From positions 42,269 to 106,268 of the forward strand of contig JAZDNO010000002.1 in assembly GCA_043799545.1 (NCBI GenBank): a stretch of DNA of 64,000 bases, in the 5' to 3' direction. The notes beneath the pieces were generated by a model that was given only the letters and a program-made list of their open reading frames with translations, did no database searches and was not told the origin of the DNA. Positions 56,835 to 64,000 of the stretch are shown piece by piece; positions within the stretch are counted from its first letter, which is position 1, and every line of letters starts with the position of its first letter. The stretch comes from Methanobacteriota archaeon. GTDB taxonomy: Archaea; Thermoplasmatota; Thermoplasmata; SG8-5; DAIRED01. Made by a program: the position numbers and the translations under genes.

Positions 56835-59462
56835 TTATCGCCTATCACTGGCCAGCCGGTCCAAATCCCTTTGAATTTCCTCCATCAGGTTAGTCTCGCA
56901 TATCGATATCGCCTTCTTTTTCGCGTCGCTGAGGTACTCGTGCGCTTTGGAGTACTGGCCGACGTTCATCAAAACGATACCCATCATCTGGTCAGCCCTC
57001 GCCATCTCATACTTGACTCCCGATTCTGCAGCAGCCGTCAAGCTCCTGCTCGAATACCCCAACGCCTTCTTCGGTTCGCCGGTCTTCAAGGCCAGTATCG
57101 CCAGGCTGATGCACGTGGCTGCAATATAGCGTTTCTCTTTCAGCCCTTCGGACATGGCGAGCGATTTCACCAGAAACCTTTCTGCCCTGTTAGGCTTATT
57201 CTGTTCTATCATGACCCCGGCCACGTTCAGCAGGGCGCACGCTTGAAGCCTCGGGTTTCCCATCTTCTCGCACAATTTCAAGGCCTTGTCGTGATATTCG
57301 AGTGCCTTCTCCAATTCGTCAGCGTTGAAATAGCTGACGCCGATGGCGGTCAGTACTTTTGACAACTCCATCGTCTCCCCGTGCGCCTCGAAGATGTCCG
57401 CCGCTTTTCTTTTCGTTCCGATTGATTTCGCTGTATTGCCCCGTGCCTGTTCAACGCGGCCGATTCCATACAAGGACTTCCCTTCGACCCTGTGGCTGCC
57501 GCTCTTTCTAGCGAAGGTGAGCCCCTCTTCGAACTCTGATAGCGCGCGGTCATAGTCACATTGCTGGATGAACAGGTTCCCGAGCGTGCATCTTATCTCC
57601 GCGACGAGCTCTGTCGCATTCAGCTCGGATGACAGCTTCAAAGCCTTTTCAAGGATTTGCTGTGCTTCAGCATAGCTGTTCTGCCTTATCAGTATCGTGC
57701 TGATCTTCATCATCACCTTTGCCCCGTCCTCGTCTTGCCCGCCGTAATGCTGCATCGCCTTGTCATAGACCCCGAGGGCTTCGTCCCAGCTACCGGACGA
57801 TTCCAAGATGTCGCCTACTCTGTGCAACAGCTTGGCCGCTTTGTAGTCGGGCCGCTCGCACATCTCAAGCAACGTCCTCGCTTGCTCTACGAGGCTTGAT
57901 GCTAGACCGAGGGCGATGATGTCATCCCCGTACTGTACGAGGATATCCGCAGCTTTGTCGCAGATGCCGGCCTCGGTGTAGTGGTAGATGGCCTCCGATG
58001 AACGTACGCTTCCCAGTTCCCTCTGGTACATCTGACCAATCTTCTCGTGTAGCTTTACCTTGGCGCCATCCGCCAGCTTCTGAGCGAGATGCTGCCTTAG
58101 CAGGTCATGTATCTCGTACGACCGCTCATCGCGTTTCAAGACAATTCCCCGGTCCTCAAGAGATCCTAAGGCTCCGCTGTCTATGCGCAGGTAGCCGATG
58201 AGGTCGCTTTTGCTGGCCGGTCGCCTTATCAGCGAAAGGGTTTTCAGGATGCACATTTCCTCGTCGGAAAGGTTGGCTATTAGCTCCTCGTTTATGTATC
58301 TCGAAAGTTCGACGTCGTCCGAGAGCATCAGCGGGGCGTTCTGGAGCAGGAACGGGTGCCCGGATGTGAGCTTGAAGATATATTCCGCCTCTTCGGAATG
58401 CCGCCCAATCCCTGAAGGAAGCAGATGCATTGCAGCGTCCTGGTCCAGACCCGTCAACTTGACCTTGCAGTAATGGTGCGTGGGATAATCCTTTCCGTCG
58501 ACAATCTTCACATGTTTCGTGGATGATGTCGCCAGCTTGACTCCCTCTTGCCGGAGGGAAATGTCTGCGATTACCTTTATCGCTTGCAGAACCCTCTCGT
58601 TCGCCCTGTGGATGTCGTCGAAAATGAACGTTATCGGCATGTTACACAGGTCCTCGTTCAAGGCGTAGCCGAATACTCCCAAATCGACCTTGAAGTCGGA
58701 AATGGCTTTGGACACGGTTGCCTTCCCGAGCGCAGAAAGGAAGATAGCGATGTCGTGGACGATGTTCCACGGCTCGTTGTATTCCCGTATTCTGTACCAG
58801 AAGACGTGGCTGTGCAGCAGCCAATCCTGGGTGGCTCTGGCGAGCATGGTCGTCTTACCGATGCCGGCCACTCCGACGACTTCCAATACCGCGGATTCCC
58901 CGGACATCGCCCACTCCCGGAGGATTCTCATCTCTTCCGCACGACCGAAGAACCGCTCGATGGCAGGTGTCTCTGGGTTTGTCCGGTATAATCCGGTACC
59001 GATAATCGTCCGGTCTGTCATGAGCGTGGACACGTTAAGACGGTTCTCGACGACGGCTGAGGCGATCTCAGCCATCGTGGGCTTGATGGGGAGGTAGGAA
59101 TATATGTCGTTGAACAGGACGTTTTTCGTAAACTCGGGGGTGACCAGTTCGATCCTGACCTTCGAAATAGAGTTCGATATGTTCATGCTCCGCTCCAATC
59201 CGGATGGCGTTAGCGTGAAGTACTTGAAGCGGGACTTGCCCCCGTGGGGCCTGCCTTTCGACGCAGTCACGAAGCCTTTCTGGTACAAAGCGCCCAGGTA
59301 TCTGGAAACATTGCCTACCCATAACTTCAAACAGCCCGCTATGCCAATCTCCGTCAGAATCCAAGGGATCTCATAATCCTTCTTGCTTGATTGGTTTTCC
59401 AGAAGGTGAAGCAGAATCAGCTCCTGCTTCGTAAGCAGATGCACTCCTTTCTTTGGTCTCAT
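56835..59462 (-). CDS. wHTH - STAND-type P-loop ATPase - TPR protein
   Basis: N-terminal wHTH, FFGRAEE, Walker A GVAGIGKT, Walker B FIFDDIH, GHPFLL, HDLLR, then TPR repeats. Confidence 0.9.
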   Translation of the reverse strand: MRPKKGVHLLTKQELILLHLLENQSSKKDYEIPWILTEIGIAGCLKLWVGNVSRYLGALYQKGFVTASKGRPHGGKSRFKYFTLTPSGLERSMNISNSISKVRIELVTPEFTKNVLFNDIYSYLPIKPTMAEIASAVVENRLNVSTLMTDRTIIGTGLYRTNPETPAIERFFGRAEEMRILREWAMSGESAVLEVVGVAGIGKTTMLARATQDWLLHSHVFWYRIREYNEPWNIVHDIAIFLSALGKATVSKAISDFKVDLGVFGYALNEDLCNMPITFIFDDIHRANERVLQAIKVIADISLRQEGVKLATSSTKHVKIVDGKDYPTHHYCKVKLTGLDQDAAMHLLPSGIGRHSEEAEYIFKLTSGHPFLLQNAPLMLSDDVELSRYINEELIANLSDEEMCILKTLSLIRRPASKSDLIGYLRIDSGALGSLEDRGIVLKRDERSYEIHDLLRQHLAQKLADGAKVKLHEKIGQMYQRELGSVRSSEAIYHYTEAGICDKAADILVQYGDDIIALGLASSLVEQARTLLEMCERPDYKAAKLLHRVGDILESSGSWDEALGVYDKAMQHYGGQDEDGAKVMMKISTILIRQNSYAEAQQILEKALKLSSELNATELVAEIRCTLGNLFIQQCDYDRALSEFEEGLTFARKSGSHRVEGKSLYGIGRVEQARGNTAKSIGTKRKAADIFEAHGETMELSKVLTAIGVSYFNADELEKALEYHDKALKLCEKMGNPRLQACALLNVAGVMIEQNKPNRAERFLVKSLAMSEGLKEKRYIAATCISLAILALKTGEPKKALGYSSRSLTAAAESGVKYEMARADQMMGIVLMNVGQYSKAHEYLSDAKKKAISICETNLMEEIQRDLDRLASDRR

Positions 59463-59719
59463 TAATCATGCTACTTCGTGGCGCGAGATAAAACTTTCGT
59501 TTTGTCGATATTCCGGGTTGAAAAATGGCCAGAGGCAAAATAATCGAGCTATCGATTTCGGGACGTCATGTATTTCGCATCTTGAAAATAATGAGTTTCC
59601 TATGGAAAATCCTATGCAAACTCGTCCAGCGCTAATTTTTATTGTATTACAAAAGGTCATGTTAGAAATGAGTATCCTTGTGTTACTTATTTATACCGAG
59701 GACCGGCATTGCTCACTCC

Positions 59720-59989
59720 ATGACGATAGAAGACATCGAAAAACCCGTGGGATCGCTCAGGATACTCGTCCACCTATTTAGGAACGAGAAGGCGACCATA
59801 ACGACGATGCTGAAGGACGCGGACCTGAACCAGCGCACCGCCTACGCAGCCCTCAGAAAGCTAATGGACAAAAATCTGATAGAGGTAGAAGTAAGCTCTG
59901 GCTTTCCCGTGCGAAAATATTACCTGCTTGCATCGAAGGGGAAGAGCGTAGCGAACCATCTGGAAAAGGTGGACTCGTTACTCGGGTAA
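59720..59989 (+). CDS. Winged-HTH regulator
   Basis: SLRILVHL..TAYAALRKLMDKNLIEV..YYLLASKGKSVA; start moved to ATG 59720. Confidence 0.82.
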   Translation: MTIEDIEKPVGSLRILVHLFRNEKATITTMLKDADLNQRTAYAALRKLMDKNLIEVEVSSGFPVRKYYLLASKGKSVANHLEKVDSLLG

Positions 59990-59997
59990 TGCTTCGA

Positions 59998-60333
59998 TTA
60001 AACTTTTGACAGGATAGCAACCAGTTCTTGTTCGTTATCAGGGATTTTCTCAATTTTATGGCCATTTATCACGAGTAATGGTGTGCGCTTTATCCCTTTA
60101 AACCATGCCTGCCTTCCCTCGCTTTTTAGGCCTAAATCGTGGAGAACTACGTCAATTCCATAATTTTTTCCAATGCTCTCAACTAACTCTTTTAAATGCA
60201 TTTCTTCCTCGTTCAACACATAGGTTATAGATACCACTTTACTGCAACTAGGAAGACATGACAGCACTGTCGATGTTACAGCCTTGGATTTTATATATAC
60301 CTCAATCGTTTTTTGGTTTTGCTTCATGTACAT
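59998..60333 (-). CDS. Thioredoxin/glutaredoxin-like small protein
   Basis: IEVYIK...CLPSC...VVLHDL...GIKRTPLLVING, including the cis-Pro motif TP. Confidence 0.5.
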   Translation of the reverse strand: MYMKQNQKTIEVYIKSKAVTSTVLSCLPSCSKVVSITYVLNEEEMHLKELVESIGKNYGIDVVLHDLGLKSEGRQAWFKGIKRTPLLVINGHKIEKIPDNEQELVAILSKV

Positions 60334-60439
60334 TCTATCATTTCCCCCATCTATAAATTTTTCTACTGATGTTCACGCACATCTCTCTTGGACATAAGAA
60401 AGAATAAATTGAAAAGGTTTTTCAAGTAGACCACCTTCC

Positions 60440-61756
60440 TCAAAGGAGTCTAAGTCCAATGCACCAGACCCAGCACATCCAGTTCGTGCAGAGGGGTTGC
60501 ATGGGTTCAGTGGTGTCCAGCCTGATGGGTACAAGTTCTCCGTCAAGTATTCTAACCCCAACTCCCTGCCATCCCTGAAGATTTTCTGTTGATTGGTTGC
60601 CATTGATACTAGAGCTGAAAGTGGTTGTGTCCGTATTCGAATCATAGAATGTCTGGATGTGCATGTCTTGGCTATATCTCATGTTTTGATAGTATTTGGT
60701 TAGAGCGCCATCATCTATTTTAAAGACTGTAAGGAACAAGTTGTTCTTGGGTTCGATTGTTAGAATTCCATTGTAGTCAATTTCTTTAATTTTAATCAGG
60801 TTGAGATTCTTGGTACTCACCATTTCGACAATCGCACTCAGATATTGCCCGCGATTATTTGTTACCGTGTATTTCGTTACACTTATAGCGCGAGTTTGTA
60901 ATATGATCTCTGAAATTACTGAGACCTCTGAGTCTATCTCATCAGTGCCAATCACAGAGATATCATTGAGGTATGGATTGAATGAGATGCCCATTTCTGG
61001 TGTAGTGATTATTTTGATACGTATATCTGTGATCTGCCCATCGCTCTGCCTGATCGCTCTCAGTTTTAGGGTGGGGTTAATAAGTGCGTCCTCTGGCACA
61101 TAGATTGTCTCTGCTACGACGACATTGCCACCCGGAGGCGAATCTATTGACGTGGGAGGGATCCCGCCACTTACTACCCAGCCTGACGGCACAGTTGTTT
61201 CATCCATGCCAATACTAAACGAGTCAGCAGATTGGAGGTTCCCGTTCCGAACGTAAATAGGTATGCTAACGGAACTACCTGGCGCCACCCCAACTGCAAT
61301 GCGGCATAAGTATCCTACGTTGTTTGTTTCGTCAACCTCTTGTATCAGGTCCGTAGAATCGGCTGTGGCTATGAAATTTGCCGTGTTCGTCGCAAGACCA
61401 GTGGTGGTGAATCCAACTCCTTTGATTTCTCCAGCCTGTATTGGGGGGTCCATCCAAATTTGTTGTGTCTCAACGACCTGTTGCCAGAAGCCGGGTCTCT
61501 CAGCGTAACCTAGCTCAATCCAAAACCCTGTTTCCACTGCACTGGCCCCTTGATTTTCTACGTAGATTGTTCCCAGAAGTTCATTCCCTTCCATTACGGG
61601 AAATCTCCATCCGATATGTGTGACGGCTAAATCTGGCATTCCTTGTTGTTGTGCACGAACTCCCGATGGTATCACCATCAGCCCACTCGTTATAAACAGA
61701 CCCACAATCGTCAGGGTCATCGCCTCTCCCCAAAATTTGTTATGCATGTTTTCCAC
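60440..61756 (-). CDS. Secreted CARDB-domain protein
   Basis: Signal peptide; PDLAVT..VENQG..ATADSTDLIQEVDETNN (CARDB); Cys/Trp-rich C-terminal tail. Confidence 0.75.
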   Translation of the reverse strand: MENMHNKFWGEAMTLTIVGLFITSGLMVIPSGVRAQQQGMPDLAVTHIGWRFPVMEGNELLGTIYVENQGASAVETGFWIELGYAERPGFWQQVVETQQIWMDPPIQAGEIKGVGFTTTGLATNTANFIATADSTDLIQEVDETNNVGYLCRIAVGVAPGSSVSIPIYVRNGNLQSADSFSIGMDETTVPSGWVVSGGIPPTSIDSPPGGNVVVAETIYVPEDALINPTLKLRAIRQSDGQITDIRIKIITTPEMGISFNPYLNDISVIGTDEIDSEVSVISEIILQTRAISVTKYTVTNNRGQYLSAIVEMVSTKNLNLIKIKEIDYNGILTIEPKNNLFLTVFKIDDGALTKYYQNMRYSQDMHIQTFYDSNTDTTTFSSSINGNQSTENLQGWQGVGVRILDGELVPIRLDTTEPMQPLCTNWMCWVWCIGLRLL

Positions 61757-61995
61757 CTACAGAGAATTTTCACTTTTCTCTGCAATTAGACACATATATC
61801 ATAATCGCATATAACAATTTTTAATCAATATTAGCATATTAAAATTTAACATACTAATCAGTAGTATTTTTTATTAAATGGAAAAGACCATGTCTGACCA
61901 CCAGTCAATCATTTTTCTAGCTACGCGAGCGCTATTAAGTCCAAGATAGACGGGTTTTAGTAAACTTTATCTCCTCATAGACCCATGAAGCAAAT

Positions 61996-62535
61996 ATGAC
62001 ATCGAATGCAAGAGAAAGGGTTAAGGTTTGTCTATATCTCAAGCCAACGAAATACGCCACCACTTTCAACCCTAGACCAGAAAGCAGGGATTTCGATGTG
62101 TCGAGAGGCATTAACCCGCTTAAAAAAGAAATAATCGATATCTTTTCCCCAGCAGAAGAAAGGGTGAAAACAATCCTGGAAAATCTCAATATACTGGGTA
62201 AGGTTATTCTCAGTATCCAGACCATCTCTGCAAAGGAAACCAAGGATCCATATGTCGTAGTCATCGACCAGATCTCTGGAAAAGAGAGAACAATGAGCAT
62301 TACAAAAAACCTGACTGAAGAACAATTGACTGACTTTATCAATGGCTTAGAGCGTCGCCCCCTCGCAGATGGCGACAGAATTTGGAAACTTAAACTCGAT
62401 GGCGCTACGCCTATTGATTTGACTGATTTTACTTGCGCAAATTGTGGTAACCACCAGTTCAAGATATTTCCAGACTATTCGGGTTGTTGTGTAAAATGTG
62501 GAAAATCATACCGTGAAATCAAGATAGATGCCTAA
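61996..62535 (+). CDS. Hypothetical protein with a C-terminal zinc ribbon
   Basis: 179 aa; CANCG...CVKCG. Confidence 0.65.
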   Translation: MTSNARERVKVCLYLKPTKYATTFNPRPESRDFDVSRGINPLKKEIIDIFSPAEERVKTILENLNILGKVILSIQTISAKETKDPYVVVIDQISGKERTMSITKNLTEEQLTDFINGLERRPLADGDRIWKLKLDGATPIDLTDFTCANCGNHQFKIFPDYSGCCVKCGKSYREIKIDA

Positions 62536-62664
62536 TGATATTGGTGCCTATTTTTAATACCAGCGTTGTATAGCAAGTTCGCAGAAGGGAACGCCATGGT
62601 AACTGCATTTCTTTTCATACTAGCAACACGAATGCTCAATGATTTTCTACATCTTGATTCCAGA

Positions 62665-63414
62665 TTATTTAAGTGCCTTCGCGTATTCAGGAAACTCAAT
62701 TGCCGGGCATGTGCCAACTTGCTGTAGTCTAGCGAGTAGTTTGAGGAAGAAGAATACTAAAGCGTCTTTCTTCTCGCTCTCGTCAATTACTGGTCCGTTA
62801 GCATTATACGAAATCTCAGATGAGCCATTTTTGAGAGCACATATAAAATCTAGTCGTTCGGAGTCCTTAAAATTGGCCAATGCTTCTTTAATGGGTGAAC
62901 CGAACATGGGTTTCCACTTAGAGTCAAGAGATAAAATACCTGCGAAAATTGGTTTCGGTTTTTGAGGAGCATACTTACCACCAGCATGGGGAATCTCTGC
63001 ACTTGTACGGTATAACTTTCTAACTGAAGCAGCCTTTTCCCCTGCGTATTGTATCATCTTTTTATCCAAGGACTGTTTGACTTCAAACACAGCATATACG
63101 CTTTCAGCTGGGATATATGTGGCTCCTTCATGTCTAAATAAAAATGGAGAGTACTGGCAATCATAAATCACAAGATCAATCTGGTCACTAATGCCTCCTC
63201 TCGAATCGATAACAAACGCTTTGCCAACGGAATATCTAGATGGCAGGTAATTTTCCAACCACTTTTGCCAGTTAAGCTCAGAGTCGTCACCTTTACTGCC
63301 TGGATGACGAATAGCTCTCCGACCAGTAGAAAGCTTAGCGACCATCTCTTTCTGTAGGTCCATAAAAAGGTGTGGAAGTTTTACTTTTGATTTACCTTTA
63401 ACCATTCGTATCAC
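62665..63414 (-). CDS. nucC: NucC cyclic-oligonucleotide-activated endonuclease (CBASS effector)
   Basis: HPGSKGDDSE.NW...YLPSRY, SDQIDLVIYD.QYSPF, IPAESVYAVFEVKQ and RTSAEIPHAGG closely follow the E. coli NucC sequence as I recall it. Confidence 0.93.
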   Translation of the reverse strand: MIRMVKGKSKVKLPHLFMDLQKEMVAKLSTGRRAIRHPGSKGDDSELNWQKWLENYLPSRYSVGKAFVIDSRGGISDQIDLVIYDCQYSPFLFRHEGATYIPAESVYAVFEVKQSLDKKMIQYAGEKAASVRKLYRTSAEIPHAGGKYAPQKPKPIFAGILSLDSKWKPMFGSPIKEALANFKDSERLDFICALKNGSSEISYNANGPVIDESEKKDALVFFFLKLLARLQQVGTCPAIEFPEYAKALK

Positions 63415-64000
63415 CAGATTATCTCGCTCCAGTTTTGTTTTCCTAGAGATGAGGCTGCATTGTTTTTCATGCTTACTTTATCGTCTTGGTCCACTAAGTC
63501 CGAGACAATGTTGTTTGTGTTGGCGGGGTCTACTAACTTTACGTTTTCCACATGGTCTCTGATAAATTTTAAAACATGCAGAACCTGATCGCCCAGGTCA
63601 TTACTGTTGCAGCTTTCTAGCGCCCTTATTGTGAGTAGCTCAAGAGCGAATGATTTGAAGTGGAGTGCGTGTCTGAGTTTCCATATTTTCATCAGCTTAA
63701 TCGTAGACCTGCATTTCGCCTGGCTAATGTACTCCTTGTGCTTAGGTATATTTGTTTTTATCTGGCTATTGTTTGTACTGATGTAGAGATTGGCATCGTC
63801 TGTTTTTTCATCTATTTTCCTTGCTGGTACGATGTCTATGTTATCGCCATCGTATGTAAGTCCGATCGAGACTTTTTGTTTATTGACTGGATATTTCTCG
63901 CTAAGTGCCTTGTAGACATCATTATACATATCCGACAAGCTGGAAAAAGCGTTGTTCCAGAAATAGATACAGAGGTCCAAGTCGTACTTCAGATTAATTG
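63411..64000 (-). CDS. CD-NTase (cGAS/DncV-like) cyclic oligonucleotide synthase, 5' end outside the window
   Basis: The frame stays open to the edge: INLKYDLDLCIYF (DxD), NIDIVP (third Asp), IKLMKIWK, KSFALELL, LVDPANTNNIVSD. GTGA overlap with nucC. Confidence 0.9.
   Translation of the reverse strand, partial: INLKYDLDLCIYFWNNAFSSLSDMYNDVYKALSEKYPVNKQKVSIGLTYDGDNIDIVPARKIDEKTDDANLYISTNNSQIKTNIPKHKEYISQAKCRSTIKLMKIWKLRHALHFKSFALELLTIRALESCNSNDLGDQVLHVLKFIRDHVENVKLVDPANTNNIVSDLVDQDDKVSMKNNAASSLGKQNWSEIIW

Overview
Archaeal chromosomal DNA, most likely Thermoplasmatota (inference). Support: archaeal CCA-adding enzyme, TrmI, eL41, an intron-containing tRNA-Trp, TATA-like boxes, a PEF-CTERM protein and many giant surface proteins. 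Layout: (i) GC-rich core genes at 1-11.5 kb; (ii) a ~20.7 kb lower-GC integrative element (about 11569-32267) inserted at the 3' end of tRNA-Trp; (iii) tRNA-Trp, rpl41e, tRNA-Arg, a translationally coupled mtrA-mtrH-core metE cluster and a run of surface-protein genes at 32.2-55.8 kb; (iv) an accessory region from about 55.8 kb to the end. The element carries a tyrosine integrase, a divergent Rep_trans-like candidate initiator with a hairpin-rich candidate origin, a TIR gene split in frame by an IS200, an IS110 relic, and a 3591-aa secreted protein ending in a caspase-like protease domain with a coupled partner gene. The terminal accessory region starts with an unexplained tandem array of ~90-bp structured repeats, includes a wHTH-STAND-TPR gene, and ends in a CD-NTase plus NucC (CBASS) operon cut by the window edge. 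All family calls come from motif recognition by eye; no database search was run.
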